DNA of 64,000 bases, taken from positions 1,152,001 to 1,216,000 of the forward strand of contig CAXXWC010000021.1 of the NCBI GenBank assembly GCA_963668645.2, read 5' to 3'. Source of the stretch: Desulfobacterales bacterium (GTDB lineage: Bacteria; Desulfobacterota; Desulfobacteria; Desulfobacterales; UBA2174). Every line of letters begins with the position of its first letter. Within the stretch, counting starts at the first letter, position 1. The translations under genes were made by a program, and so were the position numbers. The notes under the pieces were generated by a model. It did not search any database. It saw only the letters and a program-made list of their open reading frames with translations, and was not told the origin of the DNA. Below, one piece after another: positions 9,627 through 18,939 of this stretch.

Positions 9627-11030
9627 ATGCTCGATTTTGTCGATCCCCAGATGCTGGCGCGCACCCAGTTCGCCTTCACCGTTGCCTTTCACATCCTTTT
9701 TCCGTCCTTTACCATCGGGCTGGCCAGTTGGCTGGCGGTGCTCGAATGGCGCTGGCTAAAGACCGGGAACCCGGTCTACGCAGAAGTCTACCGCATGTGG
9801 GTCAAGATCTTTGCCGTCACCTTCGGCATGGGGGTGGTCTCCGGGGTGGTCCTCTCCTTCCAATTCGGCACCAACTGGTCGGTATTCGCCGATCGGGTGG
9901 GCAACATCCTCGGACCGCTGCTCGGCTACGAGGTCCTTACCGCCTTCTTTCTGGAAGCCTCGTTTCTGGGGATCATGCTCTTCGGCTGGAACCGCGTCAG
10001 CCCGCGCATGCATTTTGCCGCCACCCTGATCGTGGCCTGCGGAACCCTCATCTCGGCTTTCTGGATTCTATCTGCCAATTCCTGGATGCAAACCCCGAGG
10101 GGATTCGAGATCGGCGCGGACGGGCTTTTCTACCCCACCGACTGGATCGCGGCGATCTTTTCGCCATCGTTTCCTTACCGTTTCGTCCACATGGTGGTGG
10201 CCGCCTACCTGACCACAGCCTTCGTAGTGGCCGGCGTCGGCGCCTATTACCTCTTTCACGGAATTCACCGGCCCCAGGCCCGCATCATGTTCGGCATGGC
10301 CATGATCATGGCCGTTTTCGTAGCCCCGGCCCAACTGCTCTTCGGCGACCTGCACGGGCTGAACACGTTCGCCCACCAGCCGGCCAAGGTGGCAGCCATG
10401 GAAGGCTTGTGGGAAACCCAGCGCGGCGCCCCGCTAAAACTCTTCGGCTGGCCTGACCAGAAAGCCGAGACCACCCGTTGGGCCGTGGAAGTGCCCAAGC
10501 TCTCCAGCCTGATTTTGACCCACCATATGGACGGAGAGGTGCGCGGCCTCAAGCAATGGCCCGCCGACCAGCGACCGCCGGTGGCCCTGGTATTCTGGGC
10601 CTTTCGGATCATGGTGGGCTTGGGAACGCTGATGATTCTGACCGGCATAGGCGCCTTGGTGCTCTACTGGCGCAAGCGTCTCTTCGAAACCCGCTTCTTT
10701 CAGATCTGGTGTATGGCCCTGGCCCCGTCGGGGTTCATCTGTGTGCTGGCCGGATGGTTCGTGACCGAAGTGGGACGCCAACCGTGGATCGTTCAAGACG
10801 CCCTGCGCACCGCCGAGGCCCTCAGTCCGGTAGGCCCAGGACCGGTGGCGATCTCCCTGGCGGCTTTTGTCACCATCTATGTCTTCATCTTCGGCGCCGG
10901 CAGCTACTACATCCTGCGCCTGATTTCTAAAGGGCCGGCCACAGAATCGGACACCTACGGTGACCACGGCATCCCGCAGCCGCCCTTGTTTGCCCAGACG
11001 GCCCCGCCGGAGGGAGGTGACCATGTTTGA
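9627..11030 (+). CDS. cydA: Cytochrome bd (Cio-type) quinol oxidase subunit I
   Basis: FHILF, FQFGTNW, NSWMQTP, QPAKVAAME and TEVGRQPW; short Q-loop. Confidence 0.95.
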   Translation: MLDFVDPQMLARTQFAFTVAFHILFPSFTIGLASWLAVLEWRWLKTGNPVYAEVYRMWVKIFAVTFGMGVVSGVVLSFQFGTNWSVFADRVGNILGPLLGYEVLTAFFLEASFLGIMLFGWNRVSPRMHFAATLIVACGTLISAFWILSANSWMQTPRGFEIGADGLFYPTDWIAAIFSPSFPYRFVHMVVAAYLTTAFVVAGVGAYYLFHGIHRPQARIMFGMAMIMAVFVAPAQLLFGDLHGLNTFAHQPAKVAAMEGLWETQRGAPLKLFGWPDQKAETTRWAVEVPKLSSLILTHHMDGEVRGLKQWPADQRPPVALVFWAFRIMVGLGTLMILTGIGALVLYWRKRLFETRFFQIWCMALAPSGFICVLAGWFVTEVGRQPWIVQDALRTAEALSPVGPGPVAISLAAFVTIYVFIFGAGSYYILRLISKGPATESDTYGDHGIPQPPLFAQTAPPEGGDHV

Positions 11031-12042
11031 TTTTGCCGCATTTGTGGACCTGCCTCTGGTCTGGTATCTGTTGATTCTGACCGCCGTTTTGCTCTACGTG
11101 ATCCTGGACGGGTTCGATCTGGGCATCGGCATCCTCTTTCCTTTCGCGCCCGGCCACACCTGCCGCGACCGCATGATGAACTCCATCGCCCCGTTTTGGG
11201 ATGGCAACGAAACCTGGCTGGTGCTGGGTGGCGGCGGTCTACTGGCCGCTTTCCCCCTGGCCTACGCCATCCTGATGCCGGCCTTGTACATGCCGGTGAT
11301 TTTCATGCTTCTGGGGCTGATCTTTCGCGGCGTGGCCTTCGAGTTTCGCTTCAAAGCCGTGCGTTCACGGGTGGTCTGGGACTATGCCTTTCACATCGGT
11401 TCGCTGGTGGCCTCTTTGATGCAGGGGATTATCATCGGCACCGTGGTCCAGGGGATCACGGTGGCCGGGCGCAGCTTCGCCGGTGGTCCATTGGACTGGT
11501 TCAACGTTTATAGCCTGATGACCGGACTGGGGCTGGTCATGGGCTACGGGTTGCTCGGATCAACTTGGCTGGTAATGAAAACCGACGGCGACACCCAGGC
11601 CTGGGCCCGCCGCAGCGCCGGCTACCTTCTGGCCGGCGTCGGTCTCGTGCTGCTGATGGTCAGCATCAGTATGCCGCTGATGAACGACCAGATCCGCCGG
11701 CTCTGGTTCGCGCGGCCCAACGCATACTACCTGATGCTGCTGCCCCTGATCGCGGCGTCACTCCTGGTGACGACCTGGATCGATTTGGACCGCGGCCGCG
11801 AATATCGGCCGTTTCTGCTGAGCATCGGCGTCTTTGTGGCCAGCTATCTCGGGTTGGGAATCAGTCTCTGGCCCTGGATCATCCCCTTTGCCGTGACCTA
11901 CCGCGAAGCCGCGGCCTGCGGACCATCCCAGAGCCTGCTGCTGGTGGGCACCATCTTTTTGCTGCCGGTAATTTTAGGGTACACCGCTTTTTGCTACTAC
12001 CTGTTCCGCGGCAAGGCTTCCCATGAAGCGGGCTACCATTGA
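11023..12042 (+). CDS. cydB: Cytochrome bd quinol oxidase subunit II
   Basis: LDGFDLGIG, PFWDGNETWLV and RGVAFEFR. Confidence 0.95.
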   Translation: MFDFAAFVDLPLVWYLLILTAVLLYVILDGFDLGIGILFPFAPGHTCRDRMMNSIAPFWDGNETWLVLGGGGLLAAFPLAYAILMPALYMPVIFMLLGLIFRGVAFEFRFKAVRSRVVWDYAFHIGSLVASLMQGIIIGTVVQGITVAGRSFAGGPLDWFNVYSLMTGLGLVMGYGLLGSTWLVMKTDGDTQAWARRSAGYLLAGVGLVLLMVSISMPLMNDQIRRLWFARPNAYYLMLLPLIAASLLVTTWIDLDRGREYRPFLLSIGVFVASYLGLGISLWPWIIPFAVTYREAAACGPSQSLLLVGTIFLLPVILGYTAFCYYLFRGKASHEAGYH

Positions 12043-12181
12043 TGGCCATACGCCACCGCGTGCATCCAGCTCCGCGAAGTTCCGAAGGGGCCAGTGGCGC
12101 TGGTTTATAGGACTTTGGTGCGCCGGGCTGGGAGCCGCCGCGGCCGTTGCGGGCCTGACGCGTTGGATGCTGAACTTCTAA
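12023..12181 (+). CDS. 52-aa single-TM protein, DUF2474-like; candidate small bd oxidase subunit
   Basis: Manual translation: MKRATIDGHTPPRASSSAKFRRGQWRWFIGLWCAGLGAAAAVAGLTRWMLNF. It overlaps the cydB 3' end, has AAGG upstream and is below the ORF-track cutoff. Confidence 0.65.
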   Translation: MKRATIDGHTPPRASSSAKFRRGQWRWFIGLWCAGLGAAAAVAGLTRWMLNF

Positions 12182-12879
12182 AACGATCACTGACGGCCGG
12201 GTTAAAACAACCGCGGCCGGCCTCAGCGCGTTGGGGTGTGGAAGATCGTGGCAAGCGGGATTTTTCCGCAACGGCCCATGGGCCGTTGCCGCGATGCACA
12301 CCGGTCAGCGCCCGGATCAACCGATTTTGCGATCCGGGGCACCTTTGCGGCGCCGGATCACTTGCACCCCGGAGCGCCGGGATGCTGCGGCCGGGGCCGG
12401 GACTTCATCTTTGGTGGCTTCGGCGCTCAAAATCAATTGACGGAGTTGTTCTTCAAGCCTTTTCTTTGTTGCAATATCCATTTACGATTTTGTCCTTTGC
12501 TCAATAGCGATGAAACACGTCCGGCGCATTTTTCATACCGCCAGCCGCCGGCATAAGCACCCGCAATGGGTACCGCAATAAGGGGGGTATTCGTCCAAAA
12601 CGAAACTCGGGAAATGAAACCGGGATTGGGTGACCTGCTTTAGGATTTTATTATCAGAAAGGCCGCCATGGCCTTACGATGCGATAAAGCGATTTTTTCC
12701 TACACGATGTTTTTTTTAACCGCAAGCTTTTTCGGACAATAACCACAAAAAACCGAAGGGCAACGGGGAGGGCGCCGTATTAAAGGCAGAGGACAGTCAA
12801 AAAGACCTCAAGCCGAAGCGCAGGCCAATGCAGAAAAAAAGGTAATATATTATTCACTTGCCATGCCCATGGAGAATAA

Positions 12880-13587
12880 ATGACAGATCGCCGGATAACC
12901 TACACCCTTGACGCTGGAAACTTTTTTTGCGGGCGCCTAACCCTTGCCGAGGCAGACCATCCCCATCGCGCCCCCCTATTGGTCTTGGCTCACGGGGCAG
13001 CCAACACCATGGACCACCCGCTGCTGGTGGCGCTGGCCCGCGGCCTGGCCGCCTCGGGTGTGAGCTGCCTGCGCTTCAATTTCCCATACAGCGAGGCCGG
13101 CCGGTCCAAGCCCGACGCCCAGGTTCTGCTCGAAGCCGCCTGGCATGAAGTCCTGGCAGGGATCAAGACCGAAACATCGCTGGCGCCGCAATGGGTTGTA
13201 GCGGCCGGAAAATCGATGGGCGGACGGATCGCCTCCCAGATGGCTGCAACAGGGCATCTGCCGGCGGACGGGCTGATTTTTTACGGGTACCCGCTTCACC
13301 TGCCGGGCCGCTTGCATGAGTTACGCGACGCCCATCTGGATTCGATCCCGGTGCCCATGCTGTTCTTTGCCGGCACCCGGGACCCTTTCTGCCGGATCGA
13401 GCTGATGCGCCAAGTGGTCGAACGCCTGGGCCGCCGCGCCACCTTGGTGGAGATCGAAGGCGGGGACCACTCTTTCGCCCTGCCCGGGGCCCGTACCGAT
13501 CTGCAAAAGGACACCTATACGCGGTTGTTCACCGAGAGCGTGGCTTGGCTGAACGCCCTGGCGCCACGCGCCCCAAAGGCCCCCTGA
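12880..13587 (+). CDS. Alpha/beta hydrolase (KANL3/Tex30-like, dienelactone hydrolase-related)
   Basis: AHGAA, RFNFPY, nucleophile elbow GKSMGG, GYPLH, GTRDPF and GGDHSF. Confidence 0.88.
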   Translation: MTDRRITYTLDAGNFFCGRLTLAEADHPHRAPLLVLAHGAANTMDHPLLVALARGLAASGVSCLRFNFPYSEAGRSKPDAQVLLEAAWHEVLAGIKTETSLAPQWVVAAGKSMGGRIASQMAATGHLPADGLIFYGYPLHLPGRLHELRDAHLDSIPVPMLFFAGTRDPFCRIELMRQVVERLGRRATLVEIEGGDHSFALPGARTDLQKDTYTRLFTESVAWLNALAPRAPKAP

Positions 13588-13645
13588 CCTCAATGAACTT
13601 GATGATCTTCACAGGCGACACGCCACGGGCATCGCCAGTGAAGAT

Positions 13646-14230
13646 TCAGGCCATCAGGCTGCGCCGGCAAAAATCGACCGCCGCCTTGCGCATCCCGCGT
13701 CGCTGGTCAAGGCCCAGGGCATACTGGCGCAAAATGCCTTGGGTCAGGACCACCAGCACGTTAACCGTCTGGGGGATGTTGACCTTGACAAACTCGCCTT
13801 TTTCTATCCCTTCCTTTATGCAATCGCTAAGATAGCGGACGATGCGCTTGCGCCCCTCACTGATCAGCCGGGCGCACACATGGGCTCCGTCCTTGAGCCG
13901 GGCCGGGCAGGTGCTGGCGATCAGATAGGTTTCCTCGGGTTTTTCCATGGCAATGTCCATGTGCAGCCCGATGATGGCATCGATCCGGTCGAAGGCTTTT
14001 GCGCTCTGGGCCGGCAGGGCGTCCAGACGGGCAAAATAGTCGCTGAAGGCGTTTTCCAGGATATGGGTGAAGAGCCCGTCCTTGTTGCTGAAATGATAAT
14101 AAATCAGCGGCTCGGTGACCCCGGCGGCTTTGGCGATGCGCAAGGTGGTGGTGCCGTCGAAACCGTTCTCGGCGAAAAGACGGATGGCGGCGCGAACGAG
14201 TTCATGTTTCTTCGGGTGCGGGCTGCCCAT
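13646..14230 (-). CDS. TetR/AcrR family transcriptional regulator
   Basis: N-terminal HTH: LFAENGFDGTT...IAKAAGVTEPLIYYHFSNKDGL. Confidence 0.93.
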   Translation of the reverse strand: MGSPHPKKHELVRAAIRLFAENGFDGTTTLRIAKAAGVTEPLIYYHFSNKDGLFTHILENAFSDYFARLDALPAQSAKAFDRIDAIIGLHMDIAMEKPEETYLIASTCPARLKDGAHVCARLISEGRKRIVRYLSDCIKEGIEKGEFVKVNIPQTVNVLVVLTQGILRQYALGLDQRRGMRKAAVDFCRRSLMA

Positions 14231-14450
14231 GGGTTCCCCCTTTCACATTTAGGGTTTGTTCTTATTTTTAGTGAACTTAAATTTTTTAACTTTGTCAATA
14301 CAAAAATGATTTGTTTAGCTGTAACAATCAAAAGAAACTAAGGAACAGCCTACAGAAACATTAGTTTTTTTTCAAACCTAAATTTAAGTCGGGCATAGAA
14401 ACGGCCTTGCCTCCAGATTACCGAAAGCTAACGCCCCGGTTTCCAAGACA

Positions 14451-14496
14451 AAAAAAGGGCCGCCACCCGGCTGAAAAGCCCGGTTGCGGCCCTTTT
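14451..14496. terminator. Probable intrinsic terminator hairpin
   Basis: AAAAAAGGGCCGCCACCCGGCT-GAAA-AGCCCGGTTGCGGCCCTTTT, downstream of the minus-strand ORF at 14522-14842. Confidence 0.7.
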
Positions 14497-14521
14497 CATC
14501 TTAGCGTGTTCAAAAAGAGGT

Positions 14522-14842
14522 TCAATCCGCCGGGTGGACGGTTGTGTGGGTCTCGCCCGACAAGGCCAAAGGACCGGGTTTAACCGGATCGAGGTGGTCG
14601 CTCTCACCGATGCCAACCAGGGAAAATCGTTCCACCTCCAGCCACGTGCGCCCATCCACCGTCACCAAGTGACCGCTGGCCGAGACCGCCTGGCGCAAGT
14701 GATCGATAAGAATCCGGCCGGCCTGGGTGTCGGCGACCGGATAAAGCTTCTCATCGAAGCCGGCGATGATCACCGCCATCACCCGGCCGGCCTCGTCCCA
14801 TTCGCTGGGCAACACTAAGCCTGCAACCACAAAAGGTCCCAT
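14522..14842 (-). CDS. Small hypothetical protein
   Basis: Has a GAGGAAAG RBS, its own sigma-54 promoter upstream and a terminator downstream; composition is globular and beta-rich. Confidence 0.65.
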   Translation of the reverse strand: MGPFVVAGLVLPSEWDEAGRVMAVIIAGFDEKLYPVADTQAGRILIDHLRQAVSASGHLVTVDGRTWLEVERFSLVGIGESDHLDPVKPGPLALSGETHTTVHPAD

Positions 14843-14932
14843 CACAGCTTTCCTCGCCCTGGGACGCGGATCGTTCCCGCTTATATCGCCACATCAGCTC
14901 CCCGCTGGGATCATCTTCCTGACCTCCCCTTT

Positions 14933-14948
14933 TGCAACCCCCATGCCA
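14933..14948 (-). promoter_or_regulatory. Sigma-54 (-24/-12) promoter
   Basis: Minus strand reads TGGCATGGGGGTTGCA (GG-N10-GC). Confidence 0.8.
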
Positions 14949-15044
14949 GGCTGCCATGGGATGCCGGGCAGGGTCGATCGGCCTGAGAATCGCCGGCCGC
15001 AGGGCATATCGAAACCGAAACCGGCCGAAAATCCAGACCGGCCC

Positions 15045-15065
15045 ATGAGAAACCGGGCTTCTCAT
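15045..15065. promoter_or_regulatory. Perfect inverted repeat; candidate activator binding site
   Basis: ATGAGAA-ACCGGGC-TTCTCAT, ~100 bp upstream of the sigma-54 promoter. Confidence 0.5.
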
Positions 15066-15101
15066 CTTCGGCCCAGCCGGAATACCCGCGGCCGCAGCCG
15101 G

Positions 15102-16526
15102 TCAGGAGGCCTCCCCTGGATGGCGAAAGTCGGCCTTGCGCAAGCCATACTTGGTCATCAGATTGTTCAGTTGGCGGGTGCTGACACCGGCTTCGGCCGC
15201 CGAAGCATCGATTCGGCCCCGGTGACGGGTAAGCAGACTCTTGAGATAGCGCCGTTCAATCTCGGCCACGGCTCGTTGACGCACCTCGGCCAGGGCCCCC
15301 GACTGGGGAATATCCTCGGCCGGGGCCGGGGTCGACGCGGCAAGGGCGGCGAACATTTCGGCCGGAAATCTGTCCGCCGAAAGGATTTCACCCGTTTCGA
15401 GAATGTGGGCCCGCTCCACGAGGTTTTCCAGTTCGCGGATATTGCCCGGCCAAGTGTAGGCCAGCATGGCCGCAATGACCCGGGAATCGACCTGGCGCAC
15501 CGATTTGTTGTTCAGCCGATTGTAGCGTTCCAGGAGCGTTTCGAGCATCATGGGCAGATCTTCGAGGCGCTGGCGTAGGGGCGGCATTTCCAGGGGAAAA
15601 ACGTTCAACCGGTAAAACAGGTCCTTGCGAAAACGCCCCTCTTCCACCAGGGCACGCAGGTCGCTGTTGGTGGCGGCGATGATCCGCACATCGGCCTGGA
15701 TATCGGACTCACCGCCGACCCGCTGGAAAATCCCCTCCTGGAGCACGGTGAGCAGCTTGATCTGGGCCGCCGGGGTAATCGTACCGATCTCGTCCAAAAG
15801 CAGGGTGCCGCCCCGGGCCAGCTCGAACTTGCCCAGTTTGCGGCGGATGGCGCCGGTGAAGGCCCCTTTTTCATGCCCGAACAGCTCGCTTTCCAGAAGG
15901 GTGTCGGGAACGGCACCGCAGTGCACGCTGATGAAGCGCCCCCGGCGGCGATGGCTGTTGGCGTGAATCAGCTTTGCCATCCAAGTCTTGCCGGTACCGG
16001 TTTCGCCGGTGATCAGAACCGTGGTCTGAGTGGAGGCCACGGCCCGCACCTGGCCGAAGATCCGCCGCATCAAGGCACTGCGTGTATGCACCTCTTCCAG
16101 TGAACCGGGCTGCCAGAACTGGTCGCGCAGGTACTCGAGCTCGCTGTGCATCAAGCGTTGCTGGTAAATATCCTCGATCATGCGCTGGACATGCTCGGGA
16201 TCCACCGGATAGGCGAGAAAATCCTCGGCCCCGGCCTTGACGGCCGCGATAGCCTCACGCAAGCGTTCCACCGGCGCCATTACCACGATTTTCAACGACG
16301 CCTGCTGGCGCCAGAAACCTGCCAGTGTGTCCCGGATCGATGACCTTGGCGGATGGGCGCCGATCAGTCCCAGATCGGCCAACAAGCAGTCGTAGTGGCG
16401 CCGGCCGAGTTGGTCGATGGCCGCCTCGACCGTCTCCAATGAGTCAAGTTGCACGCCGCCGCCCAGGCTGTCACGGACCGTGCGGCCGATCTCCGGCCGC
16501 GGGGATAGAACCATAATACTCTTCAT
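15102..16526 (-). CDS. Sigma-54-dependent activator with atypical receiver-like domain (NtrC family)
   Basis: [36 protein letters not shown] and a C-terminal HTH. An alternative GTG start at 16556 overlaps the upstream stop. Confidence 0.93.
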   Translation of the reverse strand: MKSIMVLSPRPEIGRTVRDSLGGGVQLDSLETVEAAIDQLGRRHYDCLLADLGLIGAHPPRSSIRDTLAGFWRQQASLKIVVMAPVERLREAIAAVKAGAEDFLAYPVDPEHVQRMIEDIYQQRLMHSELEYLRDQFWQPGSLEEVHTRSALMRRIFGQVRAVASTQTTVLITGETGTGKTWMAKLIHANSHRRRGRFISVHCGAVPDTLLESELFGHEKGAFTGAIRRKLGKFELARGGTLLLDEIGTITPAAQIKLLTVLQEGIFQRVGGESDIQADVRIIAATNSDLRALVEEGRFRKDLFYRLNVFPLEMPPLRQRLEDLPMMLETLLERYNRLNNKSVRQVDSRVIAAMLAYTWPGNIRELENLVERAHILETGEILSADRFPAEMFAALAASTPAPAEDIPQSGALAEVRQRAVAEIERRYLKSLLTRHRGRIDASAAEAGVSTRQLNNLMTKYGLRKADFRHPGEAS

Positions 16527-16552
16527 CGGATCTCTTCGGGTCCCTGCGGCAG

Positions 16553-17542
16553 TCACAAGATATGCCGCAGCCGCTCCAGTTCTGCTTCTTTGCCAATAAT
16601 TACGACCACATCTCCGGCGTTGAGCCGCTGGGTCGGTAAAGGATTGAAAATCATCTCACCCACCGTGGGTTTGATGGCCACGATGATCACCCCGTACTCC
16701 TGGCGCAGCCGGCTTTCGACAAGGTTGCGCCCGGCCAGGGGGGAATCGGCGCCGATCAGGGCCTCCTCCATCCGCAGCCCCATGTTGTGCTCCATCATGG
16801 CGGTGTCGATAAAATCGATCACTGTCGGCCGGGTCAGCTGCTGGGCCATGCGCCGGCCGCCGATCAAGTAAGGGCAAACGACCCGGGATGCACCTGCCCG
16901 GCGCAGCTTGTCTTCGTTTTTCTGTTCACTGGCCCTTGCCAGGATAAAGATGTTCGGACACAATCCACGAGCCGTCAAGGTGATAAAAACATTGTCGGCA
17001 TCGGAGGTCACCGCCGTCACCAATCCTCGGGACCGGTCTATGCCGGCCTTGATCAGCGTATCTTCGGTGGTGGCATCCAGCTGCAGATAAAGTGCCCCGG
17101 CTTTTTCCAAAGCGGGCAATTTGGACGGATTTTGTTCGATGACCACAAAGGGGATGCCTTCGCGGGCCAACTCCTGGGTCACGATCTCCCCGATGCGCCC
17201 GTATCCGCAAACGATGTAATGATCCTTCAAGGACAGAATCCGGTTTTCCAACTTGCGCCTCCCCAAAATGCGGCTCAACTCACCTTCCACAAAGATCTTC
17301 AGCACCTGGCCCAGAGCGTAAGTCAAGGTGCTGATGCCCATCACGATGATCACCACGGTAATGGCCCGCCCCAGGGTCGAAAGGGGGCGAATCTCGCCGA
17401 ACCCCACTGTGCTGATAGTGATCAAGGTCATGTAAAAGGCATCGAAAAACGACATGCCTTCGAAGCTGTTGTAGCCGAAGGTGCCGAAGGCCAGAATCGC
17501 CGTCAGAAGCCACAGCGAGGTCTTTAGCCGTTTATAATCCAT
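16553..17542 (-). CDS. Potassium channel protein with RCK (TrkA-N/TrkA-C) domains
   Basis: Two-TM pore with TISTVGFG filter, then a Rossmann motif CGYGRIG and a C-terminal TrkA-C domain. Confidence 0.92.
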   Translation of the reverse strand: MDYKRLKTSLWLLTAILAFGTFGYNSFEGMSFFDAFYMTLITISTVGFGEIRPLSTLGRAITVVIIVMGISTLTYALGQVLKIFVEGELSRILGRRKLENRILSLKDHYIVCGYGRIGEIVTQELAREGIPFVVIEQNPSKLPALEKAGALYLQLDATTEDTLIKAGIDRSRGLVTAVTSDADNVFITLTARGLCPNIFILARASEQKNEDKLRRAGASRVVCPYLIGGRRMAQQLTRPTVIDFIDTAMMEHNMGLRMEEALIGADSPLAGRNLVESRLRQEYGVIIVAIKPTVGEMIFNPLPTQRLNAGDVVVIIGKEAELERLRHIL

Positions 17543-17545
17543 GGA

Positions 17546-18850
17546 TTACCGGTCAGCGCGGCCGATGCCGATATAGGTCATGCCCAGAGCCCGCAACTCG
17601 GACGGATCGTAGATGTTGCGGCCGTCGATGATGATCGGCCGGCGCAGCAGCACCTTGACGGCGCGCATGTCCACGTTGCGGAACTCGTCCCATTCGGTGA
17701 CCACCAGCAGGGCATCGCAGTCGCGGATCGCCTCGTAAGGATCGTCGAAAAAGTCGATCCCGGTCAGCACCCGGCGCGCATTGGCCATGGCCACCGGATC
17801 GTAGGCCTGGACCCGGGCTCCAGCGCTTTGAAGACGCGCGATGATGTGCAGGGCCGGGGACTGGCGGATGTCGTCGGTCTTGGGCTTGAACGAAAGCCCC
17901 CAAACGGCCACCCTGGCCCCCTCCAGTACAATATGGTCCGCAAGCCGGTCCACCACGACCCCCTTTTGGAATTCGTTGATCCGGTCCACCGCCTCGAAAA
18001 GGTCCGCCGCACATCCGTGGGCCTTGAGCGTGGCGATCAACGCCTTGACATCCTTTGGGAAACAGCTGCCCCCATAGCCGATCCCGGCCTGCAAAAAGCG
18101 CGGCCCGATCCGCCCGTCAAGTCCCAGCCCGCGGGAGACGGCTTTGATGTCGGCTCCGGTCCTTTCACACAGATGGGCCAGCTGGTTCATGAAGCTGATG
18201 CGCGTGGCCAGCATGGCGTTGGCCGCGTACTTGATGATCTCCGCGCTGGGAATATCGGTGACCATGACCGGTCTGTTGGTGCGCGCCAAAGATCGGTATA
18301 AACGCACCATGATTGCTTCGGCGCGCGGGCTGTCCGTACCGATGATGATCCGTTCGGGGTTCTCGAAGTCCTTGACCGCCACCCCTTCCCGCAGAAACTC
18401 GGGGTTGGCCACCACGTCGAAAGGGATCGGGTGATCCTGGTGCCCGGCAATGGCGCTGCGCACCATCTCGGCGGTTCCCACCGGCACGGTGCTTTTGTTG
18501 ACCACCACCTTGTAGTCTTCCATGAACCGCCCGATGTCGGCCGCCACGGCGTGCACCGCCGTCAAATCGGCGGCCTGGCGTGCATCCGGGGGAGTGCCTA
18601 CGCAGAGAAAGATGATCTCCCCGCCTTTTACCGCGCTTTTCACGTCGGTGGTAAAAACGAGGCGTTTACTGGCCAGGTTGCGCGTAAAAATCTCACCCAG
18701 CCCCGGCTCGTAGATCGTCAATTCTCCTGCTGCCAGGAGTTGGATCTTGTCTTGGTCGATATCCAGGCAGGTCACCTGGTGGCCCAGATTGGCAAATCCG
18801 GTCCCGGTCACCAGGCCCACATAGCCGGTGCCGACAATGGTCAGTTGCAT
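17546..18850 (-). CDS. ugd: UDP-glucose 6-dehydrogenase
   Basis: GTGYVG, NKSTVPVG, NPEFLREG, GYGGSCFPKD and FKPKTDD. Confidence 0.95.
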   Translation of the reverse strand: MQLTIVGTGYVGLVTGTGFANLGHQVTCLDIDQDKIQLLAAGELTIYEPGLGEIFTRNLASKRLVFTTDVKSAVKGGEIIFLCVGTPPDARQAADLTAVHAVAADIGRFMEDYKVVVNKSTVPVGTAEMVRSAIAGHQDHPIPFDVVANPEFLREGVAVKDFENPERIIIGTDSPRAEAIMVRLYRSLARTNRPVMVTDIPSAEIIKYAANAMLATRISFMNQLAHLCERTGADIKAVSRGLGLDGRIGPRFLQAGIGYGGSCFPKDVKALIATLKAHGCAADLFEAVDRINEFQKGVVVDRLADHIVLEGARVAVWGLSFKPKTDDIRQSPALHIIARLQSAGARVQAYDPVAMANARRVLTGIDFFDDPYEAIRDCDALLVVTEWDEFRNVDMRAVKVLLRRPIIIDGRNIYDPSELRALGMTYIGIGRADR

Positions 18851-18939
18851 CTCACCTCCCAGAAAAAATATCCCATGGCCGAAGTTCCTTGATGTTCAAC
18901 GGTCCGGACGCGGACCGCTTGGAAACCGCCCCGCGCCCT

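Noticed and set aside
12062..12170. Possible structured ncRNA (GCATCCAGC ... GTTGGATGC inverted repeat)
   Set aside because: Better explained by the 52-aa ORF; no recognisable RNA-family motifs.
12182..12879. Long intergenic region: possible riboswitch, and a 24-aa Phe-rich ORF at 12668-12742 (MALRCDKAIFSYTMFFLTASFFGQ)
   Set aside because: No riboswitch consensus recognised; the Phe codons come from T-runs; no clear attenuator hairpin. An Rfam search would be needed.
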